Part shown: one piece after another, positions 41,959 to 51,328 of the stretch | Position numbering within the stretch: position 1 is the first letter of the stretch | Layout: the number at the start of each line of letters is the position of its first letter | Translations under genes and position numbers: made by a program | The notes under the pieces: model-generated | Databases searched by the model: none | Told to the model about the DNA's origin: nothing | Seen by the model: only the letters and a program-made list of their open reading frames with translations | NCBI GenBank assembly: GCA_026004395.1 | Contig: BPJB01000001.1 | Coordinates: 713,226-777,225 of the forward strand | Direction: 5' to 3' | From: Patescibacteria group bacterium | GTDB lineage: Bacteria > Patescibacteriota > Microgenomatia > Levybacterales > UBA12049 | Length of the DNA stretch: 64,000 nucleotides

Positions 41959-43821
41959 TCATGATTCCTTAAATAGTGGAAGTGTAAAATAAAATGTAGT
42001 TCCTTTCCCTACCTCAGACGTTGCCCATATTTTGCCTTTGTGTTTTCTTATTATCTCCCGACAAATATAAAGCCCAAGTCCAAAACCATTTCTATTGTCT
42101 CTAGAAGGTGCAACCTGGTAAAATCTATCAAAGATACGATTTAGCTCATTTCTTGGAATACCTCTTCCCTGATCTGTTACTGACACTAAAATATCCTTCT
42201 TCCTGTTGTAGGCTTCAATTGTTATTGATGTTTTGTCATTAGAATACTTAATAGCGTTGGTAAGAAGATTGGTAACTACCTGTTCTATCCTACGGCTGTC
42301 TGCCAATGCGTATACTTCTTTCTCTTTTTTAAAGAGAATTTTTCTCTTGCCTGCCAAGAACTGCACTTTAGCAATCGTTTCATTGATAAGTTGATTTAGA
42401 TCTACTTTTTCAAGGTGTAGATAAAATCTCCCTATATTAATTCTTGCAATATCCAACATCTCATCAATTAGTTCTACCAATCTGTTGACCTCTTTATCCA
42501 CAAGATCTAACTCTGTCAAAGATAACTTTAATTTTTGAGCTCGCTTCAGAGCAGACTGTATGAGTAGTTTAATTGTTGTAATTGGTGTTTTAAGTTCATG
42601 ACTTGCTAGAGAGAAAAACGCATCTTTCTGTACATCAATAAACTTTTTCTCTGTAATATCCTCACCCATGCAGAGTATTCCAACTGGTTTGCCACCGCTA
42701 TCATGAAAAATTACATTTGTCCAGTGTATCAATCGTTCTTGACCAAATTTAGTCAGTATAGCTCCTTCAGTTGAAAATGAAATTTTCTTCTCACTTAATT
42801 CCAATAATTTTTTAATTTTTTGTCTTTGCCTTTGTGGTACAAACTGAAAAAAAGACTTGCCTACTATCTCTTCTTCTGTAAATCCAGTTAAAGAATAGTA
42901 GTAAGGGTTGGCATATGTAACTGTACCATGCATATCAACAATCAGAGAGATAAGTGATATATTTTGCAGCATTTCCTGCATCCTCTTCTCATTCTCTTGT
43001 ACAGCAATTTCCATCCTTCTTCTTTGAGTAATATCATGAGTAATCTTTACAAAACGAACTATTCGCCCTTCTTTATTTTTAACAGCAGTAATAGTTCCAT
43101 GTACCCAGATAAACGATCCATCTTTTTTTACATGCCATCCTTCATACTCGGCTTTTCCTTCTTCTATTGCTTGCTGCAAGAGAGCTTGAGGTATTTTTTT
43201 CTCCTGCTCTTCTCTAGGGTAAAATTTACAACAATCACTACCTATTACATCTTTTCTTGTATACCCATATACGCTCTCAGCCCCCTTGTTCCAACTGATA
43301 ATCTTTCCTTTTTTGTTCATTACGTAGATTGCAAAACCGTGAGAATTATCCACCATTTCCTGAAATAATCTTTCCTTCTCTTGCAATTTCTTCTGTAGTT
43401 TAATAGTAGATGAAATATCATAATACATCTGAACTAAATAATAGGGTCTCCCTGCTTTTTTAATCGGGGAAAAAAGCGTGTGAACATTATATTTTTCTTG
43501 TTTCTTTGTTAAGAGAGTAATTTTATCAGTAGAATATGCCTTGCCTGACTCAATAGACGCCAAAATCTTTTTATAGAGAACAGAGGATATTCCTAACTGC
43601 TGTAAAATACTTCGGAGATTTTTTCCTTGTATATCTATCAAACGATAACCGGTATATCTCTCCCAAGCTGGATTAGCATATATAATCCTACCATCTAAAT
43701 AAGCAATTAGCAAAGGATGAGGAAAATCATCTATTAACTGAGGAAAGTGAAATACTCTCCTTTTTTGAGGCTTAAGGGTATGGGATAAAAATCTATAAAT
43801 CCATGATCCATTTTGCCTCAT
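41959..43821 (-). CDS. Three-PAS sensor histidine kinase
   Basis: PAS repeats; ASHELKTPIT H-box; NLLTNAIKYS, DQGRGI, GFGLGL. Confidence 0.95.
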   Translation of the reverse strand: MRQNGSWIYRFLSHTLKPQKRRVFHFPQLIDDFPHPLLIAYLDGRIIYANPAWERYTGYRLIDIQGKNLRSILQQLGISSVLYKKILASIESGKAYSTDKITLLTKKQEKYNVHTLFSPIKKAGRPYYLVQMYYDISSTIKLQKKLQEKERLFQEMVDNSHGFAIYVMNKKGKIISWNKGAESVYGYTRKDVIGSDCCKFYPREEQEKKIPQALLQQAIEEGKAEYEGWHVKKDGSFIWVHGTITAVKNKEGRIVRFVKITHDITQRRRMEIAVQENEKRMQEMLQNISLISLIVDMHGTVTYANPYYYSLTGFTEEEIVGKSFFQFVPQRQRQKIKKLLELSEKKISFSTEGAILTKFGQERLIHWTNVIFHDSGGKPVGILCMGEDITEKKFIDVQKDAFFSLASHELKTPITTIKLLIQSALKRAQKLKLSLTELDLVDKEVNRLVELIDEMLDIARINIGRFYLHLEKVDLNQLINETIAKVQFLAGKRKILFKKEKEVYALADSRRIEQVVTNLLTNAIKYSNDKTSITIEAYNRKKDILVSVTDQGRGIPRNELNRIFDRFYQVAPSRDNRNGFGLGLYICREIIRKHKGKIWATSEVGKGTTFYFTLPLFKES

Positions 43822-44004
43822 CGAGCACCCTCTTTAGTATTTCAAAAATTAAGAAAAAAGTATAGTCATGTACTGGAATTCTCTCCATTTTCTTACATAC
43901 CTTTTTCATCTTTCTTACTGAAAATCAAATTACAAATAAAAAAACTTAAGATTTTCTTATAAGGGAATGTTGCGATAGAGATATGCTGTGAGAATAAAGT
44001 TACA

Positions 44005-44388
44005 CTAAGTATAGCTCCTAATTATTGTCAGTAACTCTTCTATATCAAATGGTTTTGCCAAAAAAGCGTCTGCACCACACTCACGGATTGATTTCTCAGC
44101 TCTAGGATGAGCTGAGATCAAAATAACTGGAATATGTTTGGTATGATGATCGTTTTTAAGTATTTTAGTAATTTCTCTTCCATCCTTACCTGATAGAAGG
44201 ACATCCATAATAATAAGATCGGGCAAATCTTCTTCTTGATTTTTTAAGTTTTCTGCATAATCTCCTCTTTCAGAAGTAATCACATGATAACCATTATCAG
44301 AAAGAAGGAGCGATAGGGCATCAAGAATATCAGCATTATCATCAATAACAAGAATTGTTGTTTTTGAAGATTTATTAATATTTTTCAT
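44005..44388 (-). CDS. Response regulator receiver domain (in frame with the upstream kinase remnant)
   Basis: ILVIDD, PDLIIMDVLL, ISAH, FLAKPFD. Confidence 0.9.
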   Translation of the reverse strand: MKNINKSSKTTILVIDDNADILDALSLLLSDNGYHVITSERGDYAENLKNQEEDLPDLIIMDVLLSGKDGREITKILKNDHHTKHIPVILISAHPRAEKSIRECGADAFLAKPFDIEELLTIIRSYT

Positions 44389-45473
44389 TTTTTTCGCTAT
44401 AGGCAGGATGAGAGTAAATGTGGAGCCTTTACCTTTTTGGCTTTTGACTTTTATTATACCACCGTGTTTTTTTGCAATTTCTTGAGATAGATACAGACCT
44501 ATACCAAGCCCGGGAAATGTCCTCTCTTCTATATTGTTTCCTTAATAGAAACGTTCGAAAATTTTATCCTTACTGGTTGGATCTATACCAATCCCAAAAT
44601 CTGTAACTGAAATATATATTTTTCTTTTTGAGTGTGAGAGTTGAATAATAACTTTGTTAGCTTTTGGTAAATATTTAATAGCATTTGTAAGCAAATTAAT
44701 TATGATTTGTCCTATGCGGTCTTTATCTTCATATACTTTCCCCTTTGTCTTCCCTTCAATAATCCATCTATTACTTGAAGTTATCTTCTGCAAATACTCA
44801 ACAATATCCTTGACTATTGAATCAATGGAAAAATAACTCTTAGAATATGGAAGTTTACCTATCTCTATTTTGGAAATATCTAAAAGATCATGGATTAATT
44901 TTGTCAACATATTTATTTGATCATCCATTTTAAGCAGATATTTTCTAGTGTTGTATCTCCTTTTTCTCTTGCTTGTTGTATAAGAACCTGATTATAGACT
45001 TTAAGACTGGTAACAGGTGTGTTAAGTTCATGAGATGCAACAGAGATGAATTCATCCCGCACAGCTACCGCATCCTGTGCTTCTTTGTAAAGCCTTGCAT
45101 TATCAATCGCCAATGAGAGACGGCTCCCCAATTCTTTAATCATTACAAAATCAGTGTGTAAAAATCTTCTTTTTGACTCTGCGTTGACAAGCGTTATTCC
45201 ACCAATTACCTTCCCTTGTGAAAAAATTGGGACAATAATTGCAGAAAAAACTCCCAAACTTCTTAAAAGAGTAAGTTGTCGTTTTGTCACGGAAGCAGCA
45301 ACCAACATCTCATCTGTGATAACTGGATAAAATTCTGCTTTACCTGTTCGTATCACATTTGGCAGTCCTCGTGAGTCTGCGAGATTAAATAAGCCTTGGT
45401 CGCTTTTTAACTTCCATCTATTTATGCATCGCCTCCTCGACTGATTCCAGGGCTTTTTTCCGTATTCTGCCAT
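44389..45473 (-). pseudogene. GAF-histidine kinase pseudogene (truncated 5' end, frameshift near 44941, TAA at 44542-44544)
   Basis: GAF, then ASHELNTP, then HATPase; after ERFY* the frame continues GNNIEERTFPGLGIGLY...GKGSTFTLILPIAKK into the receiver ATG. Confidence 0.85.
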
Positions 45474-45598
45474 AATAACTCAGCCCTTTTCTTCTAAAGG
45501 AGATTAGACCAATATGAACAAAAATAAAGAGTTTGTAAGAAATCGTAAAGAAAGAATTGTGTTGTTTTCTCTTCTTGTGTATAAATATATAATCCACT

Positions 45599-46783
45599 AT
45601 GGATAAGATAAAACAAAAAGCTCTTAAGCTTCACAAGAAATTTCAAGGAAAGCTAGCGACTATTTCGCTTCCATCTATCATTACAAAAGAAGATCTCTCG
45701 TATTACTATACTCCAGGAGTTGCTGCTGTCTCTGAAGCAATTGTTAAAAATCCATCTCTATCTTTTGATCTTACGTGGCGCGGCAGGACTGTCGCAGTAA
45801 TCTCAGACGGATCAGCAGTATTGGGTCTGGGAAATATTGGTCCTGAGGCAGCTCTTCCTATAATGGAAGGAAAATCACTACTTTTGAAGCACTTTGCCAA
45901 TGTTGACTCAGTACCTATTGTACTTAACACACAAGAACCAACAGAGATTATTCAGTGTATAAAACATCTTGCACCATCATTTGCAGGAATAAATCTTGAG
46001 GATATAGCCTCTCCTTCCTGTTTTATTATTGAAGACGCCCTTCAAAACATTGGAATTCCTGTTTTTCATGATGATCAACATGGAACAGCAATAGTCGTAA
46101 CAGCAGCACTACACAATGCCGCAAAAGTTGTTAACAAGCCATACGAATCTCTCAAAGTAGTCATAGTTGGAGCAGGAGCAGCAGGTCTTGCAGTAGCACG
46201 CATGCTTTTAGGTCTTGACTGTTCAGGTGATTCCTGTCGTTATCTTCCCGGCAGCACATCTGTTAAGGATGTCATTGTTGTTGATACACACGGTGCACTT
46301 TTTACGGGACGAGATAATATGAATATTTATAAACAAGCTATTGCTGGCTTATCCAATAAAGAAAAAAGGGTCGGTCCGCTGCAGGAGGTAATCAAGGGAG
46401 CAGATGCGGTGATTGGTGTCTCACGACCAGGAAGTATTCAACCTGAAATGATAAAATCTATGGCAGACAAACCAATAGTTTTTGCACTGGCAAATCCTAT
46501 TCCTGAGATAATGCCTGATGATGCGAAAAAAGCAGGAGCGTATATCGTAGCAACAGGAAGATCAGATTTCCCCAATCAAATCAATAATCTATTAGCTTTC
46601 CCTGCAGTTTTTAAGGCTGTTATCAAAGGAAGACTGACCAAGATAACACCTCTTATGAAAGAAGCAGCTGCCAAAAAACTAGCTGCTCTCATACCTCATC
46701 CTACACCTGAAAAAATAATTCCAGATCCGTTTTTCCCACATCTTGTTGAGACGGTAAGTGAGGCAATTCTCCAACAAGCATAG
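45599..46783 (+). CDS. NAD(P)-dependent malic enzyme
   Basis: YTPGVA, DGSAVLGLGNIG, INLEDIA, FHDDQHGTA, GAGAAG, ATGRSDFPNQINN. Confidence 0.97.
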   Translation: MDKIKQKALKLHKKFQGKLATISLPSIITKEDLSYYYTPGVAAVSEAIVKNPSLSFDLTWRGRTVAVISDGSAVLGLGNIGPEAALPIMEGKSLLLKHFANVDSVPIVLNTQEPTEIIQCIKHLAPSFAGINLEDIASPSCFIIEDALQNIGIPVFHDDQHGTAIVVTAALHNAAKVVNKPYESLKVVIVGAGAAGLAVARMLLGLDCSGDSCRYLPGSTSVKDVIVVDTHGALFTGRDNMNIYKQAIAGLSNKEKRVGPLQEVIKGADAVIGVSRPGSIQPEMIKSMADKPIVFALANPIPEIMPDDAKKAGAYIVATGRSDFPNQINNLLAFPAVFKAVIKGRLTKITPLMKEAAAKKLAALIPHPTPEKIIPDPFFPHLVETVSEAILQQA

Positions 46784-46800
46784 TTTCACTACTTCCACAA

Positions 46801-47163
46801 TTATATTGTTATGGGAGAACCCAGCTGAAAAAAGTTACCATCAGGATCTTCAAGTGTACAAAGCCACATCTGATCTTCTTCTGCAGGATGATAAGGCTCT
46901 GCAATTACCTTTGCTCCTAAATTGCGAATCCTCTCAAACTCCCCTTGTACATCATCTGTCTCAAAATTGATCATTATTCTTTCAGGCTGTGTATTTAATC
47001 CATGGACTTTATCGTGTGGACCAATAACAAGAAATTCATTCTCCAAACCAAATCCAACGAAATCTCCTCCTTTCCAATCTGGATCTTTTTGCAGGACTTT
47101 ACTATAAAACTCAATAAGTTGTTGGGGATTTTCTGAAAAAAGTACAATACCTTGTAGTTTCAT
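46801..47163 (-). CDS. VOC/glyoxalase family protein
   Basis: EFYSKVL, INFETDDV, EDPDGNFFQL; SD GAGGAGG before ATG 47163. Confidence 0.9.
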   Translation of the reverse strand: MKLQGIVLFSENPQQLIEFYSKVLQKDPDWKGGDFVGFGLENEFLVIGPHDKVHGLNTQPERIMINFETDDVQGEFERIRNLGAKVIAEPYHPAEEDQMWLCTLEDPDGNFFQLGSPITI

Positions 47164-47384
47164 ATAATTCACCTCCTCTCGTGATATTTTTATCTTTACC
47201 ACTTAATTAATAATCTCTACTGATATTCTAACAGCTACTATACAAAAATAACTGACCAATTATATGTAAGAGATGAGTGATAATTATGTAAAATGTAAAA
47301 CGAATGCAACACAAATTCTACAAGACAATCTTAATAACTTGTAATAGACAAATCTTTTATTCTTTGGGATAATTCATCTTGTCA

Positions 47385-47469
47385 GGAGAGATGACCGAGT
47401 GGTTTATGGTAGCGGTTTACTAAACCGCCGTCTCGCAAGGGACCGTGGGTTCGAATCCCACTCTCTCCG
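47385..47469 (+). tRNA. tRNA-Ser with anticodon ACT
   Basis: Acceptor GGAGAGA/TCTCTCC, discriminator G, anticodon stem GCGGT/ACCGC with loop TT-ACT-AA, long variable arm, GGTTCGAATCCC. Confidence 0.92.
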
Positions 47470-47796
47470 CAAGTTAGGTAATGAAGCAGTTGGCTCGCCG
47501 GCTACGCGGGCTCGCCAGCCGTTTTTGAATACAAAATGGCTTTCTATTTTTGGATTATCTCTCATCCCATATCAAACCGCCGGCATAGGTTTTTGTTCCG
47601 GCAGTAGTTAAGAATTGCTGTAATTTCTTCTGATCAACAATTTTATTCTAACATGTTAAATTTGATTTTGTCTGAATAGTCTCAGATTTTATTTTGGTCA
47701 GAAGCAGGTTTTTCTTATTTTCCTTGCCTAATTTATTTGGTATCATTATGTTGAAAGCAGAGATTATTAATACCGCAATAACACACTATCAAGTTA

Positions 47797-48009
47797 TTGA
47801 AAATATGGAAAGAAAAAATTACATTGGAATATATAAAGAAATTCCTTACAAAACAAGGCTTATCGCTGGAAGCTTTTACCAAGAAATACGGAGTGGAATA
47901 CACCACCCTGACAAAAATTGAAAATGAAGTTATTAAAAAGCCCCTTGTTTTGGTAATTGCTAAAATTGCTAAGGCATTAGGTGTAAATATTGAAGAGTTA
48001 ATAAAATAA
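47797..48009 (+). CDS. XRE-family HTH regulator (possible controller; N-terminus may be frameshifted from ATG 47805)
   Basis: KQGLSLEAF...GVEYTTLTKIEN...KIAKALGVNIEELIK. Confidence 0.8.
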   Translation: MKIWKEKITLEYIKKFLTKQGLSLEAFTKKYGVEYTTLTKIENEVIKKPLVLVIAKIAKALGVNIEELIK

Positions 48010-48010
48010 T

Positions 48011-48847
48011 ATGCAAAACATAACAACTATAAAACAAAGTAAAAAAGATGAATATACGAGAGAAACAAAACCATACTTTGAATATAATAACATTATTATT
48101 TACAAAGATGACATTTTAAAGATCTCTAATATTCAGAATAATTCAATAGATTTAATTGTTACCTCACCACCTTATAATGTTGATATTCATTATAATTCTC
48201 ACATTGATAATTTAACTTATAACGATTATTTAGAATTTACAAAAAAATGGATTAAGAAATGTTTTGAATTGACAAAGGATGATGGGCGTTTTTGTCTCAA
48301 TATACCACTAGATAAAAATAAAGGAGGTCAACAGTCGGTTTGCGCTGATATCACTAAAATTGCAAAGGATGTAGGTTGGAAATATCACTCTACTATAATC
48401 TGGAATGAAGGAAATATCTCTCGAAGAACAGCATGGGGATCGTTTATGTCTGCATCTGCACCTTATGTTATTGCTCCTGTAGAAGTAATATTAGTTCTAT
48501 ACAAAAAGAATTGGAAAAAAATCAGTGGAAGTAAAAAAAGTGATATTACAAAAAAAGAATTTATGGATTGGACTAATGGAATTTGGAGTTTTGGTGGAGA
48601 AAGTAAAAAAAGAGTTGGCCATCCCGCACCCTTTCCTATAGAATTACCTCGCCGTTGTATAAAACTTTTTTCTTATGTAGGTGATACAATATTAGATCCA
48701 TTTTTAGGAAGTGGTACAACACTTATTGCGGCTTATCTAAATAAGAGAAAAGGCATAGGTGTTGAGATAGATAAGGAATATTGTGATTTAGCAATCAAAC
48801 GATTAAAACAAGAAGCACAAATTAATCAAATTAATTTTAATTTATAA
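48011..48847 (+). CDS. Beta-class N4-C/N6-A DNA methyltransferase
   Basis: VTSPPYN (motif IV) precedes HPAPFP and LDPFLGSGTT (motif I). Confidence 0.95.
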   Translation: MQNITTIKQSKKDEYTRETKPYFEYNNIIIYKDDILKISNIQNNSIDLIVTSPPYNVDIHYNSHIDNLTYNDYLEFTKKWIKKCFELTKDDGRFCLNIPLDKNKGGQQSVCADITKIAKDVGWKYHSTIIWNEGNISRRTAWGSFMSASAPYVIAPVEVILVLYKKNWKKISGSKKSDITKKEFMDWTNGIWSFGGESKKRVGHPAPFPIELPRRCIKLFSYVGDTILDPFLGSGTTLIAAYLNKRKGIGVEIDKEYCDLAIKRLKQEAQINQINFNL

Positions 48848-48856
48848 AATAGAAAT

Positions 48857-49447
48857 ATGAGTAAAGGTGATAAAAAGTCTATTGGCGATTTAATAAAAGA
48901 GTATTTTAAAAAACATCCTAATCAAGACCTTCAACATGGTCCTGTTGTTGATTGGGTTGAAGATAAATATTTAAAGTTGTACGGAAAGAAACCTCGTGAC
49001 ACATGGAGAAATATTAGAAAACTTCACGAGGAAGGTTTTTTGATTAAAGTTAAAAAAGGTATTTATCGTTATGATCCTGAGTATGTGAAGCAAAAAGAAA
49101 TTGACGATTTTACACCAAAACAAAAAGAGCAAATTTTGAAAAGAGATGGCTATAAATGTGTAATTTGCGGTAGTGGCAGAAAAGAAGGAGTCGAATTACA
49201 CGTAGATCATATTAAGCCAAAATACTTGGGTGGAAAATCTACTATTGAAAATGGTCAAACATTATGCGCTCAACACAACTTTATTAAAAAGACTCTGAAA
49301 CAAACAGAAACCGGGAAGAAAATGTTTATTCGTCTTTATGAGTTAGCAAAAAGTGAAAGGAATGAAGAACTAAAGAAATTTTGCGCAGACATTTTAGAAA
49401 CTTATGAAAAATACAATATTAATGGTCACATAGTCTGGAAAAGATAA
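48857..49447 (+). CDS. HNH endonuclease, probable cognate type II restriction enzyme
   Basis: RDGYKCVICG, LHVDHIKP..GG...NGQTLCAQHN; N-terminal wHTH-like region. Confidence 0.88.
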   Translation: MSKGDKKSIGDLIKEYFKKHPNQDLQHGPVVDWVEDKYLKLYGKKPRDTWRNIRKLHEEGFLIKVKKGIYRYDPEYVKQKEIDDFTPKQKEQILKRDGYKCVICGSGRKEGVELHVDHIKPKYLGGKSTIENGQTLCAQHNFIKKTLKQTETGKKMFIRLYELAKSERNEELKKFCADILETYEKYNINGHIVWKR

Positions 49448-49449
49448 TT

Positions 49450-50355
49450 ATGCCAATACCAGATTATCAATCAATAATGCTTCCGCTTCTTAAGTTTGCC
49501 TCTGATAAGAAGGAGCATTCAATTAAAGAAGCGATCGAATATTTAGCCGATCTTTTCAAATTAAACGAAGATGAAAGAAAAGAAGTTTTACCGAGCGGTC
49601 AGCAGTATATTTTCGACAATCGTGTAGGTTGGGCAAGAACTTATTTAAAGAAAGCGGGCTTGCTTGAATCAACGCGGAGGTCGTTTTTCAAAATAACTGA
49701 TTTAGGATTAGAGGTGTTAGGCAAAAATCCGCAAGAAATAAATGTTAAATTTCTTGAGCAATTTCCTCAATTTGTTGAATTTCGAAATATTCGTCGGCAA
49801 AAAGACAAGGAGGATCGTGAAGAAGAGGAATTAGAACAAACTCCACAGGAATTACTTGAATATGGTTATCAAAGAATCAAAAGTGAATTGGCTCAAGAAT
49901 TGTTGAATTCAGTTAAACAATCATCTCCTCGCTTTTTTGAAAAACTAGTTGTTGATCTATTGATTAAAATGGGTTATGGCGGTTCGTTGAAAGATGCTGG
50001 TAAAGCAATTGGCCAAAGTGGCGACGGTGGTATAGATGGAATTATCAAAGAAGATAAACTCGGCCTTGATGTGATTTATATCCAAGCAAAAAGATGGGAT
50101 AATGTAGTTGGCTCAAAAGAAGTTCGAAATTTTGTTGGAAGTTTAGCTGCTCAACACGCAAATAAAGGAGTATTTATTACTACTTCAAGTTTTACCAAGG
50201 ATGCCTTAGATTATGTTAAAACAATTCCTCATAAGGTGATTTTAATTGATGGGGAAATGCTAACGCAATTAATGATTGAAAATGATATAGGAGTATCTAA
50301 AATAACTAGTTACGATATTAAAAAAATTGATTCAGATTATTTTGAAGAGGAGTAA
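49450..50355 (+). CDS. mrr: Mrr-family (type IV) restriction endonuclease
   Basis: MPIPDYQSIMLPLL, NRVGWARTYLKKAGL, GDGGIDGII.EDKLGLD.IYIQAKRW. Confidence 0.95.
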   Translation: MPIPDYQSIMLPLLKFASDKKEHSIKEAIEYLADLFKLNEDERKEVLPSGQQYIFDNRVGWARTYLKKAGLLESTRRSFFKITDLGLEVLGKNPQEINVKFLEQFPQFVEFRNIRRQKDKEDREEEELEQTPQELLEYGYQRIKSELAQELLNSVKQSSPRFFEKLVVDLLIKMGYGGSLKDAGKAIGQSGDGGIDGIIKEDKLGLDVIYIQAKRWDNVVGSKEVRNFVGSLAAQHANKGVFITTSSFTKDALDYVKTIPHKVILIDGEMLTQLMIENDIGVSKITSYDIKKIDSDYFEEE

Positions 50356-50381
50356 AAGAATTTGCCGCCAAAGAAAATTTG
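50356..50381 (+). repeat. Direct repeat copy 1 (EFAAKE-type), immediately after the mrr stop
   Basis: AAGAATTTGCCGCCAAAGAAAATTTG. Confidence 0.7.
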
Positions 50382-50394
50382 TTAAAATAAATTT

Positions 50395-50820
50395 ATGAAT
50401 AATCTAATCGCTAAAGTATCAACTACCATCAATGCTCCCATCGCAAAGGTTTGGTAGGCATTGACGAATCCAGAGATTATAAAGCAATATATGTTCGGAA
50501 CAAATGTTGTTTCCGATTGGCAAGTAGGAAGCTCGATCGTCTGGAAGGGGGAATGGCAGGGAAAATCGTATGAGGACAAAGGAAAAATCCTTAAATTTGA
50601 AAAGGAACGAAAACTGCAATACACTCATTTCAGTCCGCTAACGGGCAAGCCTGACGTGCCGGAAAACTACCATACTGTTACTATCGAACTTTCTAATAAT
50701 GGATCACAAACGACCGTTAGGCTCTCACAAGACAATAACGAGACCGAAGAAGCTCGCCAACACTCTGAAAAGAATTGGCGAATGATGTTGGAGGGCTTGA
50801 AAAAACTTTTGGAGAAATAG
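50395..50820 (+). pseudogene. SRPBCC/AHSA1-like domain protein with an in-frame TAG at codon 21
   Basis: MNNLIAKVSTTINAPIAKVW*ALTNPEIIKQYMFG...NWRMMLEGLKKLLE. Confidence 0.85.
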
Positions 50821-50823
50821 ACT

Positions 50824-50859
50824 AAGAGTTTGCTGCTAAAGAAAAAATTTGAAATCGTC
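50824..50859 (+). repeat. Direct repeat copy 2 (EFAAKE-type), 3 nt after the SRPBCC stop
   Basis: AAGAGTTTGCTGCTAAAGAAAAAATTTGAAATCGTC. Confidence 0.7.
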
Positions 50860-50982
50860 CTTTTTACTTTTGATTTAGAGCAAGGTGTGCTGCTGCATTT
50901 TCCCTATATAGACCTTTATATGTCACAGTCGTTGGAATTATTTTTTAGTAACAACTTCAGAATTTTACAAGTTTACAAAGTC

Positions 50983-51327
50983 TTATTTAATATCCAATAA
51001 ACAATCACAAGGTTTTAATTTAAGAATGTTTTTCTGCTCTTTTATTGTATTAATAAAAACTTGCTGAACACTGGAACCTGTGGCTAATTTTTTATCTAAA
51101 GGAGTAAAATGCTTATAATTACGACGAGCAAATTCTTTTACCAATTTCTCGTGTCGCAAATAGAGTGCTTTAGTTTTTCCAACCCAGCGCAATGTCTCTG
51201 GATGCTTTGAATATCCTCCCTTCCCCTTGTGCTTGGTTAAAATATTCCACAGTGCGTGCAGCTCACGGTGTTCACCTAATAAATGTTTTCGACAAAGATA
51301 TTTTGGATCTATATCCCAAATTCGCAT
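50983..51327 (-). CDS. Pyrimidine dimer DNA glycosylase / T4 endonuclease V-like protein
   Basis: MRIWDIDPKYLCRKHLLGEHRELH, HPETLRW, RHEKLVKEFARRNYKHFTPL. Confidence 0.85.
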   Translation of the reverse strand: MRIWDIDPKYLCRKHLLGEHRELHALWNILTKHKGKGGYSKHPETLRWVGKTKALYLRHEKLVKEFARRNYKHFTPLDKKLATGSSVQQVFINTIKEQKNILKLKPCDCLLDIK

Positions 51328-51328
51328 A

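Larger units (their letters stand above)
47470..50860 (+). mobile_element. tRNA-adjacent defence/accessory island (no intact recombinase seen)
   Basis: Co-oriented XRE-MTase-HNH-Mrr-SRPBCC directly 3' of tRNA-Ser, with short direct repeats. Confidence 0.55.

Noticed and set aside
47399-47611. 70-aa ORF
   Set aside because: It is a shadow of tRNA-Ser and its trailer, with no protein features.
50455-50457. TAG recoding in SRPBCC
   Set aside because: TAG is a normal stop elsewhere (rpmE, malic enzyme); a single nonsense change is simpler.
50356-50859. CRISPR array or classical integron attC sites
   Set aside because: There are only two repeats, ~470 bp apart, with no cas genes, no RYYYAAC...GTTRRRY inverted structure and no intI.
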